Below the pieces are notes generated by a model, which saw nothing but the letters and a program-made list of their open reading frames with translations, did no database searches and was not told the origin of the DNA. A stretch of DNA of 63,639 nucleotides, counting the filler, from Pelomyxa schiedti (Eukaryota; Protista; Evosea), in assembly GCA_020536535.1 (NCBI GenBank). It is 6 parts of 6 records of this genome, joined end to end, with 100 filler letters (N's around TTAATTAATTAA, not from the genome) between each part and the next. Parts side by side here need not be neighbours in the genome. Positions count along the whole stretch, not along the records: positions 20,284 to 40,420 come from JAHLWZ010001094.1; 5 more parts are not named here. One strand, given 5' to 3'. Positions within the stretch are counted from its first letter, which is position 1, and every line of letters begins with the position of its first letter. Shown here in pieces: positions 23,408-36,500 of this stretch. Both the position numbers and the translations under genes were made by a program.

Positions 23408-24568
23408 ATGAGCGATGACAGGACCAAGACGGAACTGTTCGATTTGCTGTTGGACGCGCGGTCACAGTTCATTGCGTTCGCGAGTGTGGTTGTGGCCCGG
23501 TGCGGGGGTGGAAGCCAAGCCAGGGTGCTGTCCACCTCGATAGTTCAACACCTTGGCAGGGAGTGGATGGTGTCCTGCTGCTGGGTGACCGGCCTCACTG
23601 TCGGCTCAGTGGCACGCGTGCAGATATCTGCGGGCACCCAGACCACCACCGCAACCAACTGTTCCTCGCCCATCCATCTGTTCGTGGGACTGTCCCCAAC
23701 GCTTGGCGTGGTGTGGCACAGGTGCTGGAACGCGAGTCAGTTTGGCGACACCACCACTGTCATTGACTGCTGCATTGGAGGCGACAAGTTCGTAGTGAGG
23801 ACAACTGGGCCTGGTGGTGGAATGAGTGCTTTTGTGGCCGACGCCAAAACGGGGTCCTTTGTGAGGAGGCTGGTGTCTGACTGGCCCAAGTATCAGGCTC
23901 CGGCATTCGACACTAATGGGAAGTGGCTGGTCATGACGAGTCGCAGTGCAAAGGACTCAATATTAGTTACTCTTATCATCTGGCCGATCTCACACAATGG
24001 TGATCTCCTGGGTTCTGGAGTGAAAGTGAAGTTTACAATAACTTCCTTCGAGTTTGTCGAATTTCCAACACATCAGTGGGGTGCAGAAGAATTGGTCTGT
24101 ATCTCCATAGAAAAGAGAGAAGACCGACACGCAAACTTGAAGCTGAACACGGTGTGCATTGATTTGCAAAACAGTTTTCTCCTAGGCACTTGTGTGATTT
24201 CACGCAGTTACGTTCTAGAACAGTGGTTATGCTCCAACACCCACGTGTTCCTAGCGACGACAGATTGGATCATATTTAAATGTGACCTGGTGTGGAGTGA
24301 AAAATATGCAACGTACAACACCGAATCCCGTGAGCTTAGTTGGTTTCAATCACTCAAAGAATTACAGTCATCTCTGAGCGCAACCTTCCACTTAGAAAGA
24401 GCACACAGATGGACAAGCCTGGAGGCAGACTCAGACAAAATCTACGAAGAAACAAGTAATGCACATCTGGGCACAGTTGTGCACTACAACTGGAATTACA
24501 ACACATGTTTCCCACCATTTATGCAGTTCCCACGTCCTGCTTCCCCCGCTTGGCCCATTTTGGAATGA
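23408..24568 (+). CDS. 'SxTLG'-family intronless protein (ARxQ..GxEW..SPTLGV..NGKW; beta-rich)
   Basis: Open frame from ATG 23408 (MSDDRTK..DARSQFIAFAS..RCGGGS..LGREWM..LSPTLGVV..NGKWLV) to TGA 24568; motifs shared with the genes at 60.6-63.6 kb. Confidence 0.75.
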   Translation: MSDDRTKTELFDLLLDARSQFIAFASVVVARCGGGSQARVLSTSIVQHLGREWMVSCCWVTGLTVGSVARVQISAGTQTTTATNCSSPIHLFVGLSPTLGVVWHRCWNASQFGDTTTVIDCCIGGDKFVVRTTGPGGGMSAFVADAKTGSFVRRLVSDWPKYQAPAFDTNGKWLVMTSRSAKDSILVTLIIWPISHNGDLLGSGVKVKFTITSFEFVEFPTHQWGAEELVCISIEKREDRHANLKLNTVCIDLQNSFLLGTCVISRSYVLEQWLCSNTHVFLATTDWIIFKCDLVWSEKYATYNTESRELSWFQSLKELQSSLSATFHLERAHRWTSLEADSDKIYEETSNAHLGTVVHYNWNYNTCFPPFMQFPRPASPAWPILE

Positions 24569-24601
24569 TTGAAGAGATACAAGAAGGAAAGAATATCTTT
24601 A

Positions 24602-25525
24602 TTATTCCAGGAACCCCTTAAAGAGAGCGAGGAGCTCTGTGTTGCCCCTATTCTTGGCTATCTCCGCAGGCGTCCCATCAGCACACCTCTTATGGACACT
24701 CGCACCAAGCCCTATTAGCTCTCTGACACAATTCACCGGCAAAACGCCCACTGTGTCCGCTGCATAATGCAAGAGGCAGTACCCTTTATTACAGGCATTC
24801 GGCGGCGACACCGGATACTGAACGATGTCCGGGCAAGAGCGGACTTGCTCGACAACTTCTTCCCACCTTCCAGCCTTCACCAGAGCGTGAACTGCAGCGG
24901 ACTTGGATGCCACGTGGTCCGGAATGCTGAGTTCCGTTATGAATGGGTGCGGAACACCGTGGCTTGACAGGTATTCCTCCGCGTCCTCAAACGAGACTGC
25001 CATCGCGCTTCTCTTGGAGGTACCAGAGTACACCTGGAATCCACCGTAGTCGTCAAACTCGGAATAAAACCCTTTTGGTGCGGCTGCCTCCAGCACACAG
25101 TCGTACCACCAAAGCCACCTGAGCTTCTGCGGAGATAGGCCAACGAACTGGCTGGACTGAGGCACCACGTCGGAGGCATAATTCAGGATAGCATCCGCTA
25201 TCTGTACTGGAGTCATGGAGGACGCGTCCTTGCCGAACAGCTCTGGGCCATAGGCGCTGTCAAACAACAGCACATGTGGCTCGTCGTCATCGCCGACGTG
25301 TGTTGCTGCTGTGATAGACGACGACGATGACCGAGAGGAGGCCGGGGTGCACCACAATTCGAACCGCCACGCACAGTGGGAGGTTGTGTAGGCTTTGATG
25401 TTGACGTAGTAACCCCTGCGGTGGAGCACCTGTGTAGCCAGAAGCATCCTGCGCATGAGTGGAACCTGCAGTGTAGAGCTTTCTGTTGGAGCTTCGTTGG
25501 TTGTAAGTGCGTTGTTCGACGCCAT
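24602..25525 (-). CDS. Intronless 307-aa protein: uncharacterised N-terminal domain + C-terminal ankyrin repeats
   Basis: ORF track; C-terminal GYCLLHYAA..VRELIGLGASV..GTPAEIA..GNTELLALF. Confidence 0.75.
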   Translation of the reverse strand: MASNNALTTNEAPTESSTLQVPLMRRMLLATQVLHRRGYYVNIKAYTTSHCAWRFELWCTPASSRSSSSSITAATHVGDDDEPHVLLFDSAYGPELFGKDASSMTPVQIADAILNYASDVVPQSSQFVGLSPQKLRWLWWYDCVLEAAAPKGFYSEFDDYGGFQVYSGTSKRSAMAVSFEDAEEYLSSHGVPHPFITELSIPDHVASKSAAVHALVKAGRWEEVVEQVRSCPDIVQYPVSPPNACNKGYCLLHYAADTVGVLPVNCVRELIGLGASVHKRCADGTPAEIAKNRGNTELLALFKGFLE

Positions 25526-25728
25526 CGTAAGGAGCTTTTTTAAAAAAAAATTAAGTTAGTCGGCTCTAGCTGTGTGGCGGAATCAAGTTGCTGGGGTCGA
25601 AATGGCCAGTGCCGTGGGGAACAAACACCGCTGTGAGTAGAAGGTGGGCAGAGAAGATCAGAAAAGGCCTCAGAGGTGGAGGGAAGAATTGGGGGACCAA
25701 GTTCCCCAACTCACAAAAAAAACACCAC

Positions 25729-27360
25729 ATGGCGGCGAATAACGGGGCCGCAGCATACTCGACGCCCCGTGACATCAAAAAGATACAACAAATCCAAGCA
25801 CTTCTCGCTCAGTTGCCTCCTGATCAGGCAGCACTCCTGCATGTATGGCAGCCTTTTTTTTAAGCGGCACCCAGACCCACTCCCTTTTAAACATTCATTC
25901 ACTTCATCACTATGAAGGAAGAAATGCAAGACCGTAGCCAGCCTGATGACTTATTCTTGCTCCTCAGTGCCTTTGGTCTGGGTGACTATTATGCTAAGCT
26001 TCTGGATGGTGGAATTAACACTTGTGAAAGACTAGCAGACTCGGTTATTATTTCCCCACTTTCTTGTTTTTTTTAATTTTTGCTTTTGCTTTTGTTGGTG
26101 GGGTTTGTCTTCTTTTTATGTGGGTTTTTGTTAACTCTTTTCTAAACCTGCAGGGTTTGACACGCCAACAGTTGATTGAAATGCTTCAAGACCCAAGCAC
26201 TAGTGATCTGAGCATGGCCTCTGCAGTCGCTGATGAAATTATGGCTGCAGCACGCCATTTGATTTCTGGTGTTGCTCCGGTATGCGCTGGTCACCTCTAT
26301 AATAGACTTAAATTCGAGTAATGGAGTGAGACTGGCACCCATTCGTGCACCTATCTTACTAGGGGAAACTTATTGGAGGAGGAAACTTCAGTACGGTGTA
26401 CAAGGGAATCTGGCTTGGTCGTAACGTGGCTATGAAGTGTTTGAAGAAACATGACTTCGGGGCTCTTCTTAGGGAACACAAGATGATGTCCATGTCGGAG
26501 CAATTTCCTCTCCCTTTTCTTCTAATATTTGATGTAGTTTAAACCACCCAAATATTGCATATTCCTATGGAATAGCACTATCTGAGGGAAACCAATATCT
26601 TGTAATGGAATACTGTGATGGGCCACTCTGGAGAAAATGTTATTCTGTTACAATCCCTACCAAGATACAATTCGCTGTTGAGATTACTGCCGCAATGACT
26701 TACCTGGAAGCACGTCATGTAGCTCACAGGTAGGTTCATTGTTACCTTACTACTATTACTTATCCTTGGCAGAGATCTGGCACTGCGAAATTGTCTTTTT
26801 CGCGAAACAGAACCTGGAAGGTTCACAGTAAAAGTAACAGGTTTGTTAAGGTAAGATTTTCTTTATAACATTTTCTAGACGTGGGATTGTCTCGCTTTTC
26901 TGCTGAGGGATACGTTGGCCGGTCTGCATTTAAAATCGAAGATGCGGCCCCAGAAGTTATTTGGGACTCTGGAGTGTGCAGCACCGCCTCTGATGTGTGG
27001 AGTTTCGGAGGTATTCACCAAGATTTTTTCTCGTGCGTAATTTGTATAGTACTCCTGTGGTACATGTTCTCTCCAGAGGGCTCAGTAGCCTATGCCGATG
27101 TTTTTGCACATGTTCGCGTTGATGAAACAACCCTATCAGCGAATGACAGTACGGCACAGCTTCGTCTGGAGGAAGCCAAAAGTGCAGCACTACACAACTT
27201 CCTGTGCACTGAACGGAAAACTCTGGAATTTCTCCCTGGTTGCCCTGCGGAAATCACAGAATGTGCCAAATTGTGCTTCAACTTGGTTCCAGAAAGGCGA
27301 CCCACATTTGCATCCCTCTACGACATGATGCTCCAGGCCCTGCAAAGATACATTTCATGA
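25729..27360 (+). CDS. Tyrosine-kinase-like protein kinase with SAM-like N-terminal segment, multi-exon
   Basis: Spliced: LIGGGNFSTVYKG, VAMK, LNHPNI, HR|DLALRNCL, DVGLSR, APE, SDVWSFG, ERRPTF; N-terminal FGLGDYYAKLLDGGINT. Confidence 0.85.
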
Positions 27361-27542
27361 GAGCTTCCTCCACAATTTTGCTGTAGTTTTGCTTGCTTCC
27401 AGATCTGTTGGATTTCTTCTGATCTGTTCGGCAAGGAAAAGCGAAATAATAAAAATTAAATATTATTATTTTCCTTTTCTTTTTCACGGTGGTGCAACAG
27501 ATCTGCACCTGGTCCTACAACAGTTTTGGTAGCAGGCAAGTT

Positions 27543-30500
27543 ATGTCAGACTCCGACTGCAAGGACGGAAACTCCGATGACAACGTAGATTCTGCTTCCA
27601 GTTCTGAAGAAGAGGGCTCGTTGCCAAAGTCGTCGTCAGACAAGCCGCATCCCGCGTCTACCACCACGTCGTCTTGTGGGGCGCAGGATCGAGACCGCGC
27701 GGGGGCGAAAGAGGAATTCTCTGAGGACAGCGACTTTTCCTGGGAGGACTCGGAGGACAGTGAGATAGACCAAGGGTGCGGAGGTCACAAAGGAAAAAGC
27801 GGAGGTGCAACAGCAACCCCGGACCCGACAAAAGAAAAAACCGAAGAGAAAGCCAGTGCCACTCCCATAACTGCAGTTCCGGCTCCCGATGCGATTGCAA
27901 GTAACACCACCACCACCGCCGCCTCCGCAACGACCACGACCAACACCGCAGCACCAGGAGATACAGATTCGCCGGAAAAGGTGACACCTGAGATTCAGAT
28001 GGAAAACATCGGATCTGAGGAGAAGAAGAAGAAACGACCCAAGCTCGTGACCAACCCCCCTCTGCCACCATTCCCCTTCCAGGCCTTTAGATTGGCGAGA
28101 GAAACTGGCAATTGTGGGTTGTGCAGCGGGTCAAGCGAATGGACTCCAATCTGGAGCGACTTCCTGTCAAACACTGTTGCCACTTCCAAATCAACTTGCC
28201 TGGGGTCGACTTCACCGAAGAGCGCATTTTGGAGCCAATCTTCCGCGAAGTGGATTCACGCCAAGCCATCATTCCATGCAGTCGATATGAGAGGTTTTTC
28301 CAGCGGCGATTCAAACTCCTCTGTGACACAGACTTTGGCTATATCTCAACCAGGCACGGCCAGTTTGGCGGATTCTCATGTGGAACCTGTGGTGCAGATA
28401 CCACCACTGCCACCAAAATACCAGTCTCCAACATCAAAGACAATACCGATGTATGAAGGTGAATGGCTTTCTTCATTTCGCTTTTGTAACAGGTCTCCAC
28501 CATCGGTGAAGAAAGCTTCACCCAACTGGCCATCACAAGACAATATCAGTGCCTCCCAATTTGGTCCCATTTTTCCCGAGACAAAACTAGAGGGTGACCA
28601 AACGACATCTACTTTCTTCTCCTCGATTTTTGCGCAGAGTTTGTCTGATTCATGCTCTTCCATCAAAATTCAGGACTCCGTGGCAAATCGAGAAAAAGAA
28701 AAAAGCAGTTTCACATCTGATGTACCAATACCATCTGTCACCTCTTTACCAGCAACTTTCCCAACATCCACCTCCCCCACAAGAGACCCACTCCCTCCTC
28801 CTCACTCACTGCGGGTCTTGTTGATCTCCTCCCTCATCAGTGTTCTCCCTCGCGAGTCCCGAATGTCCATATACCTGTCTCTTCACAAGATCAAAACAGA
28901 AGACCAGAAGGAAAGTGACAACCATGGCACATCCACAAAACAAGGCACAGACACTCCGGCACTGACTTCAAACAGTACTACTCCTATGGAAACTACGGAA
29001 ACAATCAGTACTGAGAAAGCTTTTTCTGAAGCTGAAGTACTCAATCACTCCCCACTATTTTTTATAACCTGTTTTTTTAGATTGCATCACTGCTTATAGA
29101 TTCAGTCACAAACCCTGTCAAAACACTTTCAGTATGGTCAATCACATTTCTCATCCTTCTCTCAACTTTCTTCCTCTCATTTCAAGGTGTTGTCAGTAGT
29201 CATTCCTGAAATTGAGCGATTGTGTTCTGTGGATCTGCAACAAATTCATTTTTTATTGCGGAACATTTACCGATTCCTCAATGTTGCCCCTGGCTCTGCC
29301 ACTTTATCATCAAGGGAAATAGAACCTCTCCTCAAGTTGGCAGAACAGTGGTTAGATAAAGGTATTTCCATCCTGGACCTGGAGTTAGTGCGAGGTTCAG
29401 TACTAGTCACCATTGGATTTGCGCTTTCTGCTCCCTTCATGTTGACCTCCGTCTATGCTCTAAGTAACTTAATTTTCTTTACACACTGGTAGTTGACCCT
29501 ACTTCAGAGGCCCTTCTTAAAGCCCAGCCACTACTACCTACAGACCATATTCCCGTTTGCTGGAAACGACTGTATGATTGGTTCTCAAAAATATCACAAC
29601 CTTTTTCCAGCAGAGTTAAGCTTCCAACGCAACACATAGCTCATGCTTACGATAGTCCACATGTGTACATTGTACAAAATGATCAAGTTGTCAAAATGGA
29701 TACAGGATTTGGGAATTCAGAAGGTTGGCAGGAGAATGTGCGGATACAGTTGCCTTCTGCACTAGATAGGAGCTTATATTCAGCACCTTTTGTTGGTGTG
29801 GGTGTTTTGTGGATTCCACACTGGTCGCACGAGGCAACAGACCGATATCTAGCACTCATGGCTCTTGATTGCTCTACACTGAAAGTATTGGCACAACGAA
29901 TTGTTCTAAAAAATGGGGAACTTCCTGGGTTTACTGCCAACCAGTCATATTCTTTTGCAGGCCAGGATTTATTTATTTATCTGTTTACTGAAACTGAATA
30001 CCATAAATATGAACTACGTAGAGTTGAAAGTTCTCTGAATGGGGATTTTGTGCAGCTCCAGCACCTCAAACAATCATGGTGGACTTCTCCTCCACCATCA
30101 ACTTCTAGTGCAGAGACCAACAAGCCTCTTATCGAAACCTTCTCACCTTGCCTGGGACTTGGTTCTAATTGTAATTCCAGATTTCTCTCTCCCAACACCG
30201 TTTGTCTCTCTTCCAACACAAACTATGGAATAAATGCTCGTGTTTACGACTTGGAAAAATCACTATGCCGTTTTTCTGTCTCTTCATCTCCACGCTCCAT
30301 TTTCGAGACTTCCCCTTTTTTTATGAGTAGAATTCATGCCACCTGTGATATATGTCTCCAATCTGAGGTACTAACAGGGGCCCATTATTCTGAAGAAACC
30401 AAGATAGATGTGAACAGTCTATGCTCCATCATCTCAACTTCTATGCACTCCATGGCCATGTTCCGTAAAAATGCACCACTTTGGGAAAGTACAAGTGGTC

Positions 30501-33500
30501 TATCTCGGGTTCTTTGTGAAATTCTGAAACTTTCACTCAAACAAGTCAAGTCTCAGTGTGATCAATTGCCGTTATCTACTGTACATCTCCTTGAAACCGT
30601 ACTGCTGACAACATTTGTTTGTGTGAGGAAGGAAACTTCTGATAAGAGCCAACTATTGGAAATCATTGCATTGATAAAACCTCTCACATGCTTAGGAGAC
30701 ATACAACTCAAAACCAAGTACAATGAATTAATTCAGAGCTTATGTATCAAGTTGTTTGGGACTTGCCTGGACTCACTGCAAAAAACAAGTCAGGACTGTT
30801 TTTATTCCGTAATTTGTGGGTTGCCCCAGAACAGACAAACAGGCCTTCTCTATGCAAACCTTGTGATGCATCAAGCAATGTTGATGCCAACACCATTGGC
30901 AGGTTCAAGTGTTCCCTCAATAGGAACAGTTCGGCCAATATTTCCTGTTGATACTGATACCGACAACGGATTTCAGCCTCTTACTATTTTAGAGCACAAT
31001 AACATGATCACTCAGAAGTATTTACATTTTCTTTCCTTTCCAAGTCCTGTCAAAGACTTTGCAAGTCATGAGCTGAAACTTCTCCAATTTTTAGTTGAAA
31101 AGCTGATATGCTATGGATATTCAATTCTCCCACTTATGGTCCAGCTTGTGAAAGACCAACTGAAGCAGGGAGGCGCTAAGGCTCAGCTTCCTGAAGTATT
31201 GGGAAAACTTGCCGCAATGCTTGATCTTCATGGCCGCACATTTAAAGTTTCGCAAATGAGGGAGCTGATGTCTCTCTGTTTCAATCTTACCAAACTTCTG
31301 CTTTGCATACAGAGTGTCTCTGACTTGCCCACTGCTGAATCCCTTTCCCAGCAAATTTTATACTGCTTATTTCGGTATTGCCACATACTCCGAAGAAAAT
31401 CATCTTCCCCCACCGATTTAGAAACTTCCATCAATAAATGGTTACACTGGAAAGTCCTAACTGCCACCACGGAATATAATAGCTTACAGTTGGAGACGAA
31501 GAAGTCCCTGAAAGAAAGACTGGAATTTCTTGATGACATCGTCAACAAAAAACCTGGGAGTTCTGCAGCACAGCTCATAGAGTTTATGGATGGATGCATT
31601 GACTTGGTCCCGCCTCTAGACCAAGATCCCAAAATAGCAAGCACGGAGAGAGCTGTAATTGCATGTCTCCTGCTTCATTGTTGCTGTCTTGACGAAGCAC
31701 TAGAGTTTTCCAAGCAAATACAAACAAACAGAATGGGAAATCCTCCGAAAAGGCTCTGTTCTTTGTGGAGGATTTCACACCAAGCACGGCGATATCTGAC
31801 ACAGCTGGGACCAGGGGGAGACCAGTGTATGTGCTTTTTGGAGCGGTGTCAGTTCCTCCTTACAATGATTCCATCATCCTTGGTGATCCAGACCACTCAG
31901 ATACATGGTCCCCAAAATCCCCCAGAAAGGCCAGTATTAAGACGCTGCACTACACTGCCATTAATTGATGAAAAGTTACCTCCATCCACACCATCCACAC
32001 CAAACCCACCATCAAAAGTAAAAAGAAGTGCTTTGGCACGGTCAACAACAATGTCCCCCAGTGTCCGCAGTGTTCGACCATGGGCTCAAAGAGAACAACA
32101 AAAGATGGAAGAGCTTAAATCACGCTTTGCCAAGTGGAAATTGATTCGCAGTCACCCATCACCAGTCTCTATTGAAGACCAGTCTGACCCATTGGGTGCT
32201 GAGATTTTTTCTTTCTTACAGCATCAAACCCCTAGACATTTATATGTGAACTGCATAGAATCTCATCAACTGCGGGCTAATTGTATGAACACCATATTCC
32301 AAATCTTTTCCAAAGTCATCTCTAATGATACAACTGGCAAAAGCACCAAGAGTGTAATAAAATTTGCTCGAATCGTTTTGTCAAACCAACTAGACATTGC
32401 CGAAGAGGCACCCTTATGTGGACATGAACTAATTAGTAGTACCAAACACGAACGGAATAAATTTGCTGAGCTTGCCTTCTCCTGTGCCACAAGCATGGAT
32501 AGGTCTCTGGCACGACACTTCTTATCATTGATTACACTTCATGTACCCCAGGAATTTTTGGAATTTCTTTTCAATTTGGGTGTATTCAAGTGGACAAGAC
32601 ATTGCACCCAAATTGTCCCAGATGGGGTTGCTTTCTACTCCTACAATTCATTGCTGTTGAACTCTGCTGACATTCTGAAGGGGAGGGAATTTTCCTATAT
32701 TAGTGGCTGGATAACCAATAGACTGAGAAACTTCTGCCGTTTTCTGACAAAGCATGTGTACACACTACCCAAGGGCAATTCTGCCCCACTTAGGGCGATG
32801 CCATCTGTTCCCCCACTCAGTCAGATTTTTGTAATGAACACAAACAGTACAATCACTGGTGTTGTTTCTTCATTTATGTGGCCGCTATCTTTGCTGAATA
32901 TTTTATCAACCAAACATTTTAGAGATCACATCAGCACTGAAGAGATAATTAACCTCCTTTTCTCCATAACCACGGTTCCCATCATCAAAGTAGTTGTTCT
33001 AGCACTGGATACTCTTGCAAATCTTCTTCCTGTCTCCAATCCAAGTACTACAGTTATCAACTCTTTGATGATGTTAGTCCAATCAGAGTTAGTGATGTGG
33101 GGAAACCTGTTGCCTTTATCTGAATTGAAAAGTACATCACCTCTGGAATCAAACAGTGCAGTACCTTGTCTTGCTACGCCTGCAACAGCCCCCAGTGAAC
33201 CCAAAACAAGTTCAGTATCAAGCGCAATTACCAATGTAGTAGACCAGGGACTTCGTCATGATACCGAAATCCTTGCTGTACGACCTCGGCTTACTATATT
33301 TACTTCGGCCCCCTGGACTCCAGAAAACTCTACGGAGTCACCCCGTACAGAGAAAAAAAAAATACCGAGTTTACAGCCGGTACCCTGGCAAGTCAATACC
33401 CCACCTGAATGTGACTTCATTCAGCTCAGTGGTTCAGAGGCTCACCTGGTCTCTGTTTGTGCACTAAGACTTTTGTGCAAGTTGTCCCATGAAACAAGAA

Positions 33501-36500
33501 AAGGATGGGGCTCGTTAATATCTAATTATCTACTCTCAGCCCTTAAAGAGAGTGGGTCTGTCTTGCCTTGTTCACAACCATTGCCATTTCATCAGTATGG
33601 CTCCTTGGTTCGTTTAAACTGTGCCTTACAGGTACTGGGAGGAATGGGCAAACATATTGATATTCTCTCTCGGCTTTGCTTCCATGTTGCTTCCGTTACT
33701 TCTGAAACCCTGTACACTCAATCCAACATGATGGGGGCTTTCACCCGAGCAATGAAGGCAAGGCCAAAAGTCGCCCCACTGGATGTCTCCCCTGCGATTT
33801 TAGAAGAGAGCTTTCCACTTTTGTTAGAGTTGCTTCCAAGAATTTGCTTTCCTTCAACTGCCACAACAGAAATTGGAATTAGTGCCATGATAAATGCCAG
33901 GCTCTACACCAACGTTCTTTACTGTGTTAAAAAGGGACTCCAACTTAATTCTGTACATTTGAGCATCCCTTCACATGTACTAAGTCTGTTACTTGATTAC
34001 TCCTCCTCTTTTCTTCCCACCCCAGATTGCATGCAGGGTGATACAAAAAATTCCAATTCTACCTTGTACTCTTTACCCAGTGAAGTGAAACATTGTGTAT
34101 ACTCCGATGTTATATTTGATTTCTCAAGGCACTTTTATACAAAAATGCTTCCTTTTTCTGCTTCCTCTACTGCGCAAATCCTACCTACACAGTTTTCAAA
34201 TCGAACTTCACACGGCAAGTGCAAATTCCTGTCTCCACTTGTTGTGCGACTAAATACAAAAGACTTTTCCGTTGCAACTACCAATTGTCCAATCAAGGAC
34301 TCTTTCTACTTTGAAGTCTATTTGAAGGAGCTTTCTGGCAAATATATTGTTGTAGGATTCGCCACGAAATCACCCAACTCGTTTTCTAAAGCTATTGTTT
34401 TGTCTATGGGAGGAAAACTTATGTCTCTTTCCTTTGCCAATGACACACCCACTGTGGAAGAGGAGCTGGGGACATGCACTCCACTTTCATCTGGCGATGT
34501 TGTTGGATGTGGTTGGCTTCCAGCTACAGAGGAAATTTTCTTCACTGCCAATGGGGTTCTACTTGGGAAGAAAGTACGGTGCACTCTCGATGGTCTTCTG
34601 TGGCCAGTGGTTACCCACACCATTGGTATGGGCAGAGGCTTTGTGATCTTAAATTTAGGACAGTGGCCCATGCTCTTCGCACATAATGCATGTGCTGGAG
34701 TGGAAGGACCAACAATTCGCCTCCAGGACTTACTTGTTGAAATGGATTTCAAAAAGACTGAAATGATTTCTCCACAGCTTACTCCTGGAGCTTCTATAGG
34801 TGCCTACTGTCATTCTACTTCTGAGGGTGATGGCATTTTAAGAGGATTTGGGACTGACCGTGACAAAGCACTCTTTGAAACATTCCAACAGCAAAAACTT
34901 GTTCCATTCAATAACTTGGGTATTATCCGCAGTACTATGTTTTTTGACACCTCTCCTGTAAATTCCATGCTGCAAATTATATTGCTTGAAAACTTACGGG
35001 CATGCACCCTTCTTGCAGCTGTTCTATGCAGATCACTCTCTGTAGATTGTATCTGCAAAATGATGTCAGCTGAACCTGACAGGGCTCATTTACTCATTTC
35101 GAGGTTATTGAATATCAACTCAGATGCAAACTCGAAAAAAATGAGAGCCTTGTTGAATAGCAGTCTTAGTAGGATATTTCATCAAAAAAAAGCTACGAAA
35201 CCCTGCCGTAGCTCATTGGATGCGCCACCAAAACACCGCAAAATGGCACAGGAATACACTTCACAGCCGCAGGGAAACATTGAAACAGTGGCTGAAAAAA
35301 TAAAAACTCAGGTCCTGCAGTCACTGATTACCCAACAAGTTCCTTCTATGGGTGACTTCTACATTCTCCCATATGTGATTTCCTCCTCAGCAGCGGAATT
35401 TTCTCTTCATCTTCCTTCCATTCTTGAGTCCTCCTTAGCACTATTGGGGTCATCAAGCACTGCAAGTTCGACAGTAAGCAAGGGTCAAATAGCAACCACC
35501 CTGACTCGACTTCTGGCCTCTCTTGATCCCTTATCTGTAACAAAGACTTGGGAGACCACTCATTGGCAAAAGTTTGAGGGTGTCCTTTCTCACATAGCGC
35601 AAATGCCTCTGGAAATCCAGGAGAGCCAAAAAAGTTATTCAGAACTTCCAAGAAGACACATTCCAGTTGAAAGCACAACAAAATGGGGGGATGTAAAATT
35701 TTCCAAATCGCTGCAGGAGATGCATCTACTTATGGAAGATTTTATTAGATACAAAAATATTTCATCTGCTCTTCCTGTATTGCTTGATTCCAAATTTTCA
35801 ACACCAAAGGTCCGTACATTAAGCAAATTCAGAAGACTCTTGAAAGCTTTTTATCAACACCAAGACTTACCACTTTCTTTTTGTGAGAAGGCATATCAAA
35901 GAGGAGCGGTTGGATACCTTTGGGAGGTTGTTGGAGCTTCAATGACAGAACAACAGAGTGGCCGCATTTTTGAGTTTCCTGACGCTCTTAAGGTGAATTG
36001 TGTAGTTGACATGGGTCTACCAGAAGAAGTTGTCATACATTTTTATGCGACTGCATCTCAATCACCTTGTTCTAGTGTAAAAGCTGGTGGCACAAAGCAA
36101 CGTATTATTGGCAGCTCTTGCGCCATCACAGTATCACACAAGGAGCCAGAGGTGAAAAAAATGAACTCCCATGACGAAAGTGATTCCAGTGACTCATCAG
36201 ATTCCGAATCGGAAGGAAAAAACCTCAAATCCTGCTGTGCTGCAACAGTATCTGGAAGTAGCACTACCAAGTTTGAAATAAAGAAAGCTGAACGAATTCG
36301 AGTCGCTATTTTACCCCGTTTTCCTAAACACTCGCAAGTGGTTCAAAAAGAACGTGATTTCTTGATAGCTAATAGTACTACCTTCCCTACTTGGGCATCT
36401 TCTCTGAGAGACATAGCCAGCCTCGCAAACGAGTTCAAAATAGAGACTCAATACCCTTTATCCTCTCATAACGTGTTATTGGTGTGTAGGAAGAAACCAT

